Shown: in pieces, positions 1 to 13,124 of the stretch | Layout: each line of letters begins with the position of its first letter | Numbering within the stretch: the first letter of the stretch is position 1 | Assembly (NCBI GenBank): GCA_036785375.1 | Contig: JAWMAR010000256.1 | Coordinates: forward strand, 434,001 to 498,000 | Length of the DNA stretch: 64,000 nucleotides | Direction of reading: 5' to 3' | DNA from: Leucoraja ocellata | Taxonomy: Eukaryota | Program-made: the position numbers and the translations under genes | Notes under the pieces: model-generated | What the model was told of the DNA's origin: nothing | Databases searched by the model: none | What the model saw: only the letters and a program-made list of their open reading frames with translations

Positions 1-830
1 GTGAATGGGGTGAGGGGAGGGGGAGCTCTCCTAAAGTCTACTATCAATTCCACTGTCTTAAGGGCATCGAGCTCTTAATTGTTGCGATGGCACCAGGACG
101 CCAGCTGTGTCACTTCCTGTCTGTAGGCAGATTCATCCCCACCCTGGATCAGTCCAATCAGGGTTGTGTCATCCGCAAACTTGAAAAGCTTGACAGAGGT
201 CAGTGAAGGTGCAGTCATTGGTGTAGAGTGAGTAGAGGAGAGGGGAGAGTACGCAGCCTTGCGGTGCTCCTATGCTGAGGGTTTGCGGGTCCCAGATGTG
301 CTTTCCCAGCCTCACATGCTACTTCCTGTCTGTCAGGAAGCTGGTGATCCACCGACAGAGGGGTTCAGGCACAACTTGGAAAATTTGGAGTGTATTAGCT
401 CTAGCACAATGGTGTTAAATGCAGAGCTAAAATCAACAAACAAAATCCTTGCATAGGTCCCCTGGCGGTCTAAGTGCTGGAGGATGAAGTGCAGGCCCAG
501 GTTGACTGCATCATCCACAGATCTATTGGGCCGGTATGCAAACTGCAGAGGGTGATATTTTTCATCTGGGCCAGCACAAGCCTTTCAAGGGTCTTCATGA
601 CTACAGAGGTCAGTGCGACGGGCCTGTAGTCAGTAAGACCAGTAATCCTTGCCTTTTTGGGCACAGGGACAATAGTGGAGACTTTGAAGCAGGCAGGGAC
701 AGTACAGGTTTGCAGGGACTGGTTGAGAATGTCTGTGTAGACCGGTGCCAGTTGTTCGGCACAGAGCTTGAGAGTAGAGGGGAAAACATTGTCTGGTCCT
801 GGAAATTTACGGCTTTTCTGTCTTCTGAAC
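1..830 (-). mobile_element. Rex1/Babar-type LINE reverse transcriptase fragment (frameshifted)
   Basis: ORFs 470-868 ([50 protein letters not shown]) and 333-518 (YARILFVDFSSAFNTI), plus a reverse-strand KFADD motif near 170-190. Confidence 0.9.
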
Positions 831-1410
831 AGCCTCTCCAATATAACAGATATATAACAGATATACAAGCCTGATGTTGTGCAGCACGGAGGGGATGGGT
901 AATTGGGTGTTTATGTGAATGCACATATATGGTACATGCATATAATTGGAGGGTGGTTTTCAGATGAATTGCTAGTTTCTTGCTTACTTTGCTGCATGGT
1001 ATACGGCATTTATCACTGCGCCATCTATGTCATTCACCCACCAGGAAGGGGGGTACAACACAAACTATATGGTGAGAATCAGGAGAGCTATCATGACACG
1101 ATCTTTCTGAAGTCAACCTGATACTGTACCCATGAACCAAACATGGGTGGAAAAGGATACTGGGTTAAAATTAAGTGAGTGGAGCACCTTCATTGGATGT
1201 ATATAGTCTCATATGACATGCAGTTGATATTTGCTAATTAGCCAAATATTCAGAGACCACTATCAATATGATTTTGGTGGAGTGCAATATTGTACATTTA
1301 ACTACATGAAATGCAATCTTCTGCTGCTGGGTTCTTAGAAATAGAACCTTCTGCTTCTGGTCAAATTAATAAAATTACAGCTGGCGGATGAATCCATGGT
1401 GATATTATAC

Positions 1411-1572
1411 CACAACTCCAAAGATGTACAGGTTTGTAGATTAATTGCCGTGCTACAGTTGTAAAATGTTCCTAGTGTGTCTAGGATAGTGTTAATGTGC
1501 AGGGAACACTGGCTGGCACGGACTCGGTGGGCTGAAGGGCTTGTTTCTGCGCTGTATCTCTAAACTAAACTG
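1411..1572 (+). mobile_element. HE1/V-SINE 3' part
   Basis: ctccaaagatgtacaggtttgtag ... tatctctaaactaaactg tail, shared with the full copies at 17298 and 54133. Confidence 0.75.
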
Positions 1573-2089
1573 AAAAAAGTAGTCATGACGGCCACAAAAT
1601 AGAAAACCAAATCTTGTTCCTTGAAGATGAAAAAGTTTTAAAAATCAGACGGGTGGAAGAAGCAGCTGAGACTTGTGTGGTTATTGTATACAGCTCCTGA
1701 AATTAAATGAACTTCCACACGTAGAGGGACATGGAATTCCATAATCCCTCTTCAAATAGGATTGGTATAGACAGGCCTGGATATGGTTTGACTATCGGGC
1801 CTGTTTATCTGCTGTACAACACTGTAACTCGCTGACTCTAAGTCTGATATTCCTGTACCTTGACTTCTGGCCTTCTGATGTTATGCCTCACGTACTTCAC
1901 AGGAGCACTATCACATAGAGTGTGACAATGACTCACATGGAAGATAATCAGATATATAAGCAATAAAAGAACATTTGCATTCACAAAGTGTCTTTTTTAG
2001 TTTCAGGAAACCCAAAGTGCTTTACAGCTACTTCTCAAATGTAGTCATTTTGATAACCAGAAGCGCAGTCAAAATAGTTTTTAAGAAGC

Positions 2090-2850
2090 ATCTCTTTGTA
2101 TATGGGAGATTGGATCTCACAAATCTGATTACGTTTTTTGAAGATGTAACCAAAGCAAAGTTAATGAGGACAGAGTTGTAGACATTGTTTATATGGTTTT
2201 CTGCAGTATTCGACAAGGTTGCTCTGTAAGTTTAGTCTGCATGGGATCCAAGGAGAGCTAGGTGACTGGATAGAAAATTGGCATCATGGGGGGAAGCAGA
2301 GGGTGATGATGGGAGGTTGTTTTCCAGACTGGACTGTGAATAATTGTGTGCCTCATGGTTCAGTACTTGGTCAGATACTGTTTGTGATTTATATCAATGA
2401 TTTAGATGAGAACGTGCAAGGCGTAAGTAAGTTTGTAGTTGACACTAAAGTCAGTGATATTGTAGAAAGCAAAGATGGCTGTCAAAGGTTACAGCAGGAT
2501 CTTGATTGGTTGGGCAGCTGGACGGAGGAATGGCTAATGGAGTTTAATCAAGAACCAGAGGACATAGGGGGAAGGGGGGGGGGGGGGGGGGGGGGAAGAA
2601 TTAACAGGAACCTGAGGGGGGATTTTTTTAATGCAAAGGGTTGTGGGTATATGAAATCAGCTGCCAGTGGAGGTAGTTGATGCATATACTATCACAATGT
2701 TTAAAAAACATTTGGACAGGTACATGGATAGGATAGGTTTAAATGGACATGGGCCAAATGCAGGCAAATAGGACTGCATCTTATAGATGCGGCATCTTGT
2801 CAGCATGGGCAAGTTGGGCCAAAGGGTCTGTTTCCATGCTGTATGACTCG
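2090..2850 (+). mobile_element. CR1 LINE remnant (RT region with internal deletion plus 3' UTR)
   Basis: ORF 2219-2680 VPHGSVLGQILFVIYINDLD..SKFVVDTK..LQQDLD; typical shark CR1 3' end ending tgtatgactc. Confidence 0.88.
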
Positions 2851-3865
2851 AAGAAGGAAAGACTAGAGATGATTAAGAGCAATTTCAAATTTTCTGTCTC
2901 AGTGGGTGAAGTTCTGCCTGCCAATTGTGAAATTAGTTAAGTCAAGGAGGCATGAGGCCAGTGCTATTTTATTACTGAAGAAGCCTACAGTGGTAGTAAA
3001 GAAAGCTGTTGTACAAAAACCTAACGGCAAATCCAAGGAAGCATCCGACAGTAAACTAATCTAGGTCAACGAAGACAGGGCAATGGGTCAACAGCACTTA
3101 ATGAGCATTAGGAGGTAGCTAACAGAGCTCAGGTTTGCCGATGGAAGTAGATGGAAGTCTGGCCAAGGGACAGTGGCCAGCCTCCCTTATATCTAAGAAT
3201 AAACAGTTTCACCAACTAATGACCTAGAATTAGAGGTAGTTGGTTAGGAATCTGAAAGATCCATAAAAGGATAATCAGGGAGATTTCCTGAAGCACTAGC
3301 CAACATTATTCAGGAAGTTGAATGAAAAACAAAAGCATATTAGCTGGTAATTTATTCCATTGTGGTATATGACGCTGTCTGCCAATGTACTGTAGCTACA
3401 AGCCTTCGAGAAATAAGTCATTGTCCGTGAAGTGCTTTGTGGAGTTTCAGTATGAAAGCATACTTCCTAAACATTTCCCTTTGTAAATATGTTGCTGATT
3501 TGATTGCATGTTAATTCTGTGTCAATATCCCTGGGTCTTTGGCTTTGTGTTTCATTCCCCCTCCCTACTTATGCCCATGTGTATGTCCAGTGTGTATTTT
3601 TATTGTGTACTTAATCGTGTACTTCAGACATCAAGATGCCAATGTACAGTTTACTAATTCCTAATAAATCCCAATATAACTATATCCACTTCCTACAGGC
3701 AATGATGCCATGTACTGATTATGGTTAGACTGAACAATATTAAAACAATAGGGAGGTAATTAAGTCATGCAGGTCACTGAGGGGTCAGATTTGCAGCTTC
3801 AAATGAAGTTGACTTAAACCTATAAGGAAGTTGAACATTCACAAAAGAACCTAACCAATGAAGGG

Positions 3866-4020
3866 GGGCACTGTTGCACAGCTGCTGCCTCACAATTCCA
3901 GACCTCGGGTTCAATCTGGAACGTTGTGCTGTCTGCATGTTTGCATGTTATCCCAGCGACCAGATGGGTTTCTGCCTGTTGCTCCAATATCCTTCCAAGA
4001 ATAGCTGGTAAGTTAGTCGA
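3866..4020 (+). mobile_element. Degenerate HE1/V-SINE
   Basis: tRNA-like head (gctgctgcctcaca..gacctcgggttcaatc) and V-domain-like body. Confidence 0.6.
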
Positions 4021-4129
4021 TGGGTATATGAGTAAAGTGCATGGATCTGATGCGCTGAATAACATCCAACTGCGTCATAAATAAGCAAGTTACCCTCTGC
4101 TGCCTCTTTACCCGTTCAGTGTCCTTTTA

Positions 4130-4492
4130 GGGGCAGCTCAGTGGCACAGTTTGTAGAGTCACTGCCTAACAGCGCTAGAGACCTAGGTTCAATTGTAACC
4201 TCAGGGGCTGACTGTGTGGAGTTGGTACGTCCTCCCATTCATCGCATGGGTTTCTACTGGGTGCTTCAGTTTCCCCCACATTCCAAAGACATGCATGTTG
4301 GTAGGTCAATTGTCCTCTTGTCCTAGGTCAGTTGTCCTTTGGGTGTTAGTTAATGATAGAATCGGGGGTGGGGGCGGGGATTTAAAACAATATGGAGAGA
4401 ATGAAGTTGAATTAAATTAATGTAGGATTGGTGTAATGGGGTGGCTGATGTCAGCGTGGACTCAGTGGGCCACAAGACCTATTTCCATGCTG
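4130..4492 (+). mobile_element. HE1/V-SINE
   Basis: gtggcacag..gagacctaggttcaatt A/B-box head; gggtttctactgggtgcttcagtttcccccacattccaaagac core. Confidence 0.75.
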
Positions 4493-5259
4493 AAGATGGA
4501 CATAAAGTACAGGAGTAACTCAGTGGGTCGGGCAGCATGTGTGGAGACAAAGGAAAGGTGATTCTTTGGGTCGGGACCCTTCTTCAGACTAATTTTCAGG
4601 TTGGAAACAGTTTCCACGCTGCATCTCTCTACCTCTGAATACATTCTGAACTTCATTTTTTTCCAATGCAGAGCACATTATGAACAACATAGGCCAAATT
4701 GCATGAACCTGCCCCATATCACACATTCCTCTCTCACAGAATACTTGCAATCGCATTTACATTTGGCAGCCACAGCTAATCCTTTGGTCCTATCAGTTTG
4801 GTCATGGGTCTGATGGGCTCATCACCTCATCAAGACCTCGTCTGTCCATTCCATCCACAGATGCTGCCTAACCCACTGAGTTACTCCAACACTTTGTTTT
4901 ATGTTCTGTATTCCAGCATCTGCAGTCTTTTGTGCCTCCCATTGGTCTTGCCACTGTTATTTTGCTGTGCAGCGGCCTACTTGTGGACCATTCTAAAATA
5001 AGGCTATTTTCCACTGTATCTAAAGATCAATTTAAAATAATTTAAAAAACTCAAACTTTCAAGCAATAAACATATTCAACCTGTACAAATTAATTAAAAC
5101 CAATAGCATTAATTATAATTTTAAAAAAAAGAAGCAAATCACCTTCTCTTACCACTTTAGCTGAGGTCAGTGGCTCCATTCAATAAGTAATATCAAACTG
5201 AGGAGAGAGATGAGTAGTGTATGTAGCTCTTCAGCTCTAGATATAATGGATGACACTTA

Positions 5260-5876
5260 AGCCCCTGTCCCACTTAGGAGACCTAAACAGCAACCTCTTG
5301 TGATCTTGCCCGCCACCCAAAAAAAAATCAAGGTCGAGGTGACCTGCATCCTCCTACCACCTCCCAAGCATATGTGTCCAGGTTCAGGAATAGCTACTTC
5401 CCCACAGCCATCAGGCTATTAAACCTGGCTCGGACAAAACTCCGATCATTAATTCCCCATTATCTGTTATTTGCACTTTAGCAGTTTATTTATTCATGTG
5501 TGTATATATTTATATAATGGTATATGGACACACTGATCTGTTTTGTAGTAAATGCCTACTATGTTCTGTGTGCTGAAGCAAAGCAAGAATTTCATTGTCC
5601 TATCAGGGACACATGACAATAAACTCTCTTGAACTTGAACTTGGACCTGCGACTAAAAAATTATCGATTTTTAAAACAGCAACCTATTTTTAATCGAGGC
5701 CGGATTTAATCATGATGAAAAAATAGCAGCAACCTAGATGAAGCCTCAACCACGCGGAAACCACTTTCAAACATTAGGGAGAGTGACCAAAACCTCCGGT
5801 GACCTCATGGAAACCTTGGGTGGCGGGCAAGGTCACCAGAGGTTGATGTTTAGGTCTCCGAAGTGGGACAGGGGCT
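5260..5876. mobile_element. MITE with ~60-bp TIRs and TTA target duplication (PIF/Harbinger-like), containing a nested LINE 3' end
   Basis: TTA|agcccctgtcccacttaggagacctaaac...gtttaggtctccgaagtgggacaggggct|TTA. Confidence 0.88.
5378..5644 (+). mobile_element. Rex1/Babar-type LINE 3' end nested in the MITE
   Basis: aggttcaggaatagctacttccccacagccatcagg (RFRNSYFPTAIR) followed by a UTR and a (CTTGAA)n tail. Confidence 0.75.
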
Positions 5877-7410
5877 TTAGACTCAATGCTGAGTTATTTG
5901 TCAGTCACATCTGACCTCCGACACATTCTGTGTTGCCATGCAGATATATACATACAGACGCTTTGTTACATGCACGATGACTAACGAGCAATATAATTCA
6001 TCCCATTGTCACCATATGTGGTACATATTTATGCAGATCAGAAAGATGCTGCATTGAATTCCTGCTTTTGTTTGCATTAATGATCTCAGCAAGTACGATA
6101 ACGGTGATTCTTGTGATTGAAAGGACTTCACGATTTATAACATAGCACGGTGCAGCACAGGAACAGGCCCTTCAGCCCAGAGTGTCCTTGCCAAGCATGA
6201 TGCTGTTCTATTCTGAAATCCTTAACGGAAATGTATAAATAAAATACAGGGATTACTGATCCACGAAGTAGAAATAGCTGTTGTAACCAATGGCTATTTT
6301 TGAAGAGGAAAAAAATACCAGTGGGTCACATCTAAACAATATCCAATAGAACCATTAGAAACAGTCAGTAATGATCAGCAATAAAAAAAAATGATGTAGC
6401 AATAGTTAAAATAAGCACACATTACTGGAAAATGAAGTTCACCGTCTTTGTGTTTTAGTTGGGAACCTACATTCAATCCAATTAATGACCTACAAAAGAA
6501 AAACTGGTGAAAAATCCATTGAAATAAATCATCAATTTGCGTGGTTCATCAAGAACAAAGTTGATGTGTCATTTCCAAGCTGAGCATAAATAGTGAGAAC
6601 AGACGCGGTGCATCAACGTGAAAGGTAGCCAGAGAGTTGATGAAACATTGTGGTGAAGAGGGACATCAGATGTGATCTTGCAGTAGTCCACACACTTGCT
6701 GAGAGGCTCAGGCTGATCACAACATCTTGCACTGAGATGCATAATATAGAGATGCTGCTGTCATTGTTAGTGACGGTCGTGAATAGAAGAGAAATGCAGA
6801 AAAATTAGTGTGGCTAAAATGGTGGGCTCCTTCAATTTGTGCATTGTCCGCAACTAAAATCAGAAATGTCCACGGCATACCAGATAACATCCTTGGTTGA
6901 GCTTCTGACCCTGGGTAAACCTACAGTGCACTAATGAGAATCGTTTCTGGAAATGCTGGGCCCATTTCGTCTTGGTCAATAATTGGTCTCGAAATGATGA
7001 CTCACAATCAAATGTGAACAAATTGGCTTTTATGCGCAAATTGCACATAAAAGCTATGCGCAAAGGCATCCGAGAAAAAGCCAAGTACATTCTGCAAAGA
7101 TTCCACCAACAATTGTTTTTAGTTAATATTGTTGGCCAAAAAAAAACTAGAGCTAACTGCATTTAACTTTATATTGCCTTGGAGTCGTGCCTGTCGAACA
7201 CTAATTCACAATTACAAACATCACATTCTCTCATGAACAATTGTATTCACTTGAGTCATTTAACCTGCAGCTTGCAATAACAGATCTCAGATATATAATT
7301 AACCAGAGCATTGTGCAACTGAAATAATTATTTAAAAAAAAAACACCACTGTTATTAATCACCTTCACAGCCATGTAAAAATGTAACATGTACAGTATAC
7401 TGAGGAATTG

Positions 7411-8195
7411 ACCTTGGCTCAATGCTGGCACTCTTGCCTCTGAGTCAAGAGGCCACAGGTTGAAGTCCAGGGACGAAAGTACATCATCCAGACTGATATT
7501 TTAGTGCATTTATAAGGCAAGAGGTTTTTTTCTTTTTCAGACAGCGTGTTAAACCAACTTCCTGACTTCACACATAAACAAAACAATAAATGCTGGATGT
7601 CAAGGAGCATCTGGAGAGAGAGAGAAAGAGAGAAAGAGAGGGACTGAACTAAGTTTCAGGTCTTTGACCTATCATCGGAACCGGGAAGGCAAGTTCGGTA
7701 AACAAATGAAAAGTAGGAAAAATTAAAGGAATGAGATGCAAATCATAAGGCCATAAGGGATAGGTGTAAAATTAGGCCATTTGGCCCATCAATTCCGTTC
7801 TGTCATTCAAACATGGCTGATGGATCTCTCCCTCCCAACCCCATTCTCCTGCCCACTCCCCACAACCTCTGACCTGTAAGAAGGTCTCAAGAAATATTAC
7901 AAATAAAAAAAATGCTGAATATTTATCAGAAATTACACGAAATGTTAGAGGACTTTGGAGTTCCCATGGTATTACTGAAGAAAAGCATAACAATTCTCCA
8001 ATATTAATTGTGTCCAAAGACTTGAAAGAATCCTTTCCTGATCATTATCACTGCTTTGTGCAAGTGAGCTGATGTTTCTCCAACGGTACAAAAGTACGAA
8101 GATGCAACGGTGTTTCCAAATATATCATTGATCTAAAGCACTTTGGGGTATCATGAGGTATGTGCAAGAAGTCAGATAAATGCAAACTCATTCTT
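7411..8195 (+). mobile_element. SacSINE1/Deu-domain SINE, split by Penelope-derived (~7586-7690) and CR1 3' (~7745-7870) inserts
   Basis: Head ttggctcaatgctggcactcttgcctctgagtcaag; Deu/3' part ttcccatggtattactgaag...aaagcactttgggg...ataaatgcaa. Confidence 0.6.
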
Positions 8196-10749
8196 CCATT
8201 GACACCAAACACCGTGCTATCAAAGTATAATTTGTGTTAGGATATTCCAGGTTTAACACCTCATTTAATAAATTGTACTCAACCATTTGAGTTCTGTTTC
8301 AGCTAGGTGATTTCTGTGAAGGTACAGTAAATGCCCATTAGGATTGATAGTATTAGTCCACTCCATAATAGATTTGATATCATTGTATAACTACGAAAAG
8401 CTGCAATGGATCTCCTATACTGTTGCTCATTGTAAGTCAAGAAGGATATAATTTTAATGGGACTTGAGTACTCACCATGTAATCCATAATATATTATTCT
8501 GACACAAAGTTGGAATGATATGTAACCAGGATTGTCATTTTTAAGATCACATAATCCATCTGTTATAAATGGACATATATTAAGTTTACTTATAGCCTAA
8601 TTGTTGAAATGCAAATTGTGAATTTAATTAGAGAAAAAAAGTTGGTCCCTATAATTCCATAGTTTCAAGGAAATTTGTTCCACTGATGAACATGAAATCC
8701 GGAAAAAATAGGGCGCTATTACATAACCCTTATGCATTATGATCTGAATGCTTTAAAACAAAACTCCAGTACAGAACAACCTTAATCCTTTGTACTGCTG
8801 GCTTTAGTTGGTGTCGCAGTTAGTTACCTCATCGAAGCCATGTTGAGTAGAATGATGCAAATTGCTGACTCCAGGATGGGAAAGAACGTCATATCACAGG
8901 AAATTAAATGGACATTCCTGTGTCTTTTTGTAGTTTCCCCTAAGGGAAAAGGCATGGGATTAAGCCACAAACCCATCTTTTCATCTGTAAGAATGTAAGG
9001 CAAAGAAGTTAAAGGAGGTTAGATTACATAAGAAAATGGGATGATTTTTCTGCATGAAAATGCATCCCATTTAACAAAGAAAACTCTTAATATAGCACCC
9101 ACTGACCTGAGTATTTCAGCAAAATATCAAATAATCACATTTATTCATGTAGCAGCTATTGTGTGCTAAATTGACATAAAATATCGACTCATTGGCTTGC
9201 AAAAAAAAAAAATTACAGATTTAAAATCGAATAAATTAAAATAGTATGTTGTTTTTTAAATTTGTTACTAACTTCAAAGGAGTTTATTAAAAGCCGGAAA
9301 AAAGGATAACGTGCTTGAAGGAAAGGATGTAGATTTAAACTCTGAAAGCTTCCTTTTTCTCATTCTGAATAGGAAGCCCAAAGTGTTCTCCTTCTTTAAC
9401 ACAAACACTTCATTATATTCAGCGGTGAGCTGCTGAGGTAACATCTTTAAAAATAATGGTCTATTTACCATTAGCTGAAGTAGTTGAAAGTTTTCCAGGA
9501 AGCATGAAAATGGTGTCAGAAAAACTAGTCTTAGCAGGTTTGTACGAAAGAACAGTGTTGTGACTGGGTGATTTATAACAACAAAAGGTATCCAGAAAGC
9601 ACAATTTTCTACCTAGCTGCAAACTATAATTCATACTGAGTTCTTATCAAGATAAAGTACCTTTACTGCAAATGACCAATGCGGTTAAATTATTTTGATA
9701 AATGTCAGCACATAACAGGTAACTGCATTACAAGCAGCCAGGATCAACTGGAGTTACTGCAAGATGCATTGTAAATTGTACTTTGCTCCCCACTTCCTCC
9801 CTCCCCAATCTATGTTTAAGCTCTTTGACCAGCTTGCCAGTGTGTACTGTTGACTTCAGGTAGTGCTACGAGAAGATTGGAGGAATTCTGTTCGCATCAC
9901 TTAAAATGTGGCAACAACTTATAATGAGGTAAAGGTAATGGCGCAAAATATATATATATTTGAAGCATTTTGTAAGTGGCCGGAAGATATGTATTACTTA
10001 GAAACAAAACTCAAGTCTTCCCATTAAGTTAACACCTTGTTAACAATTAAGTCTTTACAACAGGTAAAGGCCAAAAGTAAATGGAAAATTAAATATATTG
10101 CCTTGGAATTGAGAAAATTCACATTATTTCCAACATATATTTCCATTCTAATTTCCTCAGGAAAGCCTAGAAACTACCCCAGAACAGGTTTTGGCATAGA
10201 AATTAAATTGGTGGCTAGTTTTGGGAGATGAGGTGAATCAATTTTGCCCCATTTCTACTTTCTACTAAACAGCCAGAGATGGTAACATCAAACTGATGCC
10301 AGTAAAATAGGCAATTTGACTTACTTCATTTATTTATAAGACTGATGGATGAGGAAACTTTTTATAGGAAAAAATAGGAAACTGAAAATGAGGAATCAAA
10401 TTAGGAAATGTGAAAAGCATCATGAGCATGAGAATCAAAAAGCAAACTGCTGGAGGAATGTAGGAGGTCACATAGCATCTGTGGAAGGAAATGGACAGTC
10501 AATATTTTGGGTTGAAACCCTTCCTTGGACTGAAAAAGTGGGGGGGAGGAAATAGCTAGTGTAAAGAGGTGAGTGAGGTAAGCAGGAGCTGGCATATGGG
10601 TGGATCCACTTGTGGAGGGGTGGTTTGGTGGATGGATTTAAGTGGGGAAAGAGGGGTGATGATAACAGCAAAGGATTGGCCATGATGAGAACTACAGATG
10701 ATGGATGACTGCAGATGATGGATTCTAATGGAAAAGGAAGGTGGAGTAT

Positions 10750-11440
10750 AAGATCGTAGGTTGATAGAATGGAGCGGCTGAGCTTGTATACTCCTGAATT
10801 TAGAAGGATGAGAGGGAATCTTATTGAAACATATAAGATTATTAAGGGTTTGGACACGCTAGAGGCAGGAAACATGTTCCCAATGTTGGGAGAGTCCAGA
10901 ACCAGGGGCAGTTTAAGAATAAGGAGCAAGCCATTCAGAACAGAGATGAGGAAAAACATTTTCACACAGAGAGTTTGTTTTGTAATCAAACCATTACAAA
11001 GTATTAGGTGAACCACAAAGCATTTATTAAAACCCATGCAGAGAGAACAATACATACTGTTACATCCATCGCATCATCTTACAGACTACCAAACTAAGGG
11101 ACGAGCAGGCTGTTATCAGTGGCTGCATTCCTACTCAAATCCTGGACTGGATTACGTGGTGGAATGTGTATCATGCATAATATATGTGGTGAAGGTTATA
11201 TTGACAGAGATTAATATGGTTGATCTACAGAATTGTGAATCTGTAGAATTCTCTGCCTCAGAAGGCAGTGGAGGCCAATTCTCTGGAGGCTTTCAAGAGA
11301 GAGTTAGATAAAGCTCTTAAAGATAATGGAGTCAAGGGATATGGGGAGATGGCAGGAACAGAGTACTGATTATGGATGATCAGACATGATCACACTGAAT
11401 GGCGGTGCTGACTTGAATGGCCAAATGGCAATTGTCTATA
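10750..11440 (+). mobile_element. CR1 LINE 3' end interrupted by a solo LTR
   Basis: ORF 10769 MERLSLYTPEFRRMRGNLIETYKIIKGLD...; CR1 sequence resumes at 11235 (gtgaatctgtagaattctctgcc). Confidence 0.88.
10976..11229 (-). mobile_element. Solo LTR (~254 bp, TG...CA, 5-bp TSD gagtt/gaatt)
   Basis: Removing it restores the CR1 text cagagagttgtgaatctg. Termini are imperfect inverted repeats, and there is an AATAAA on the minus strand (~11023-11028). Confidence 0.65.
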
Positions 11441-11449
11441 TAGTCTATG

Positions 11450-12310
11450 ATCAAATAAGAAAAAAGGATACATGGCAAAGGTGATTAAGTGTGTCTCTTA
11501 AAAATATAGTGTGTATAGAGAACTTAGGAAAAAAATTGGAAGTGCAAAATGGGGCCAGGAAATATCCTTGGCAAGCAAGATTAATGAGACATTCTGTAAG
11601 GATTAGGAAAAGAGCAGGTCCTCGTAGTAACAAAGGGAGAATCTGTGTATGGCTTCAGAAAATGTGGGTTGGGCTCTAAATAAATATTTCTCATTTGTAT
11701 TCACCATGTGGAAGGGCATGGAAGATGGTGAGTTCAGAGAGGGGTACATAGATAATTTAGAGCGGGTTAATATTAAGTAGAGGTAAAGGTTACGGGGCGT
11801 ATAATAGCCAATAAATCCCAAAGGCCAGATGAGATCTATCCTTGGTTCCTATGATAAGCAAGGGGGGAACTGCGGCCCTGGCAGAAATTTTTACAGAAGG
11901 AGTTTTAAAAAGGATTTGTATGGAATGTTTGTTACCCAGAAAATAGTTGATGTCTGGAAACCACGGCCAGAGAGTGTGCTGGAATCAGATACAACCATGA
12001 AGTTTAAGAGGTATATTTACAGGCAAATAAATTGACGAGACATGGCAAGTTTGGTGTAGGAAGGAACTGCAGACTCTGGTTTACACCGATGATAGACATA
12101 AAGTGCTGAAGAAGGGTCTCGACCCAAAACATCACCCATTCCTTCTGTCCAGAGATGCTGCCTGTCCTGTTGAGTTACTCAAGCATTTTGTGTCTCTGGA
12201 AGGGTTTGGGCCTCGTATAGGCAAATGCGATTGATGTAGATGGGCAAAAGAGTTGGCATGGATGTGGTTGTCCAAAGGGCCTGTTTTGTGCTGTTCAACT
12301 CTATGACTCA
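11450..12310 (+). mobile_element. Older degenerate CR1 fragments with a Penelope-derived insert (12055-12195)
   Basis: CR1-like aaatatttctcatttgtattcacc and ccaaggccagatgagatctatcc; 3' end ctctatgactc. Confidence 0.6.
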
Positions 12311-13018
12311 CCGATGGTTCTGTTTAAACTGAAAAAAGTCATGCAAATCTCTTCACCCAGCGAAAATGTGCTACAATGTTCTTGCAGCTTAATAATGGCA
12401 AAAATATTCCAGGAAATTCCAGGCCTATCAGATAAATTTAAAGCATGTGTATCTAATTCTATTTTAATCCCAGCATGAAATAAATGGTTTAACCTCTTTA
12501 AACTAGTGAAACGTGGTGCTGGAATGTTAGGCCAATATACAATCATGCTAATGGCAGTCATTTCTGCCGTACAACTCCAAGATTTGAAGCTGTGATTAAC
12601 AGGTTAACATCTTATGATATGTTGTATCTGATAAACCAATTAAAATGAATTATCACTGCTACCTTGAACTCAAAAACCTCTGCAGATTAAGATTTAGATT
12701 TTTCTTTCCATGCCGATGTATTACAATAGACCTACTGTATTGATTTTAAAGATTCAGAAACAGAACTGTAGAAAACTCAGATGGCAATCTGGGTCATGCC
12801 TGCCTTCCATCACTGTCATGAATCTCTTGGATTAAGTGAACAATTGTTTAGTTAAAAGAACTAAAAATGCATTCAGTTTCTCTCTTATTGTAGTATCTTT
12901 ACTCAGCTGTCACTGTCACATATGCATCAGAATGCAATAAATGTGTCACAAGAAACCAGCTGAGGAAAAATAATGGTATTCAACTCGTGTCCTAACTGTA
13001 GTCATTTTCACCCAACAG

Positions 13019-13124
13019 AAAATCAGGATTACGATCAACGTGTTCAGTGTGTTGCAAAACTGGTGAAGAAACTTCCAAAACCTAACCACGATACCTTGAG
13101 CGTTCTCGTTACACATTTACAGAA
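13019..13124 (+). CDS. ARHGAP15: ARHGAP15 penultimate coding exon (RhoGAP domain, 106 bp, phase 1 start / phase 2 end)
   Basis: Acceptor ttttcacccaacAG and donor GTAAGC. Translates (K)NQDYDQRVQCVAKLVKKLPKPNHDTLSVLVTHLQK, matching the RhoGAP segment of ARHGAP15 (human recalled as KQDNNTRIEAVKSLVQKLPPPNRDTMKVLFGHLTK). Missed by the ORF track. Confidence 0.92.

Noticed and set aside
2566-2596. Long G run encoding poly-Gly in ORF 2219-2680
   Set aside because: Homopolymer expansion inside a dead CR1; length may also be a sequencing artefact.
10468-11055. 195-aa minus-strand ORF
   Set aside because: Antisense read through Penelope, CR1 and LTR fragments.
1-13018. Additional upstream ARHGAP15 exon (expected ..WEDIHVVTGALKMFFRELPEPLF..)
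   Set aside because: No such peptide found by eye; it presumably lies upstream of the window.
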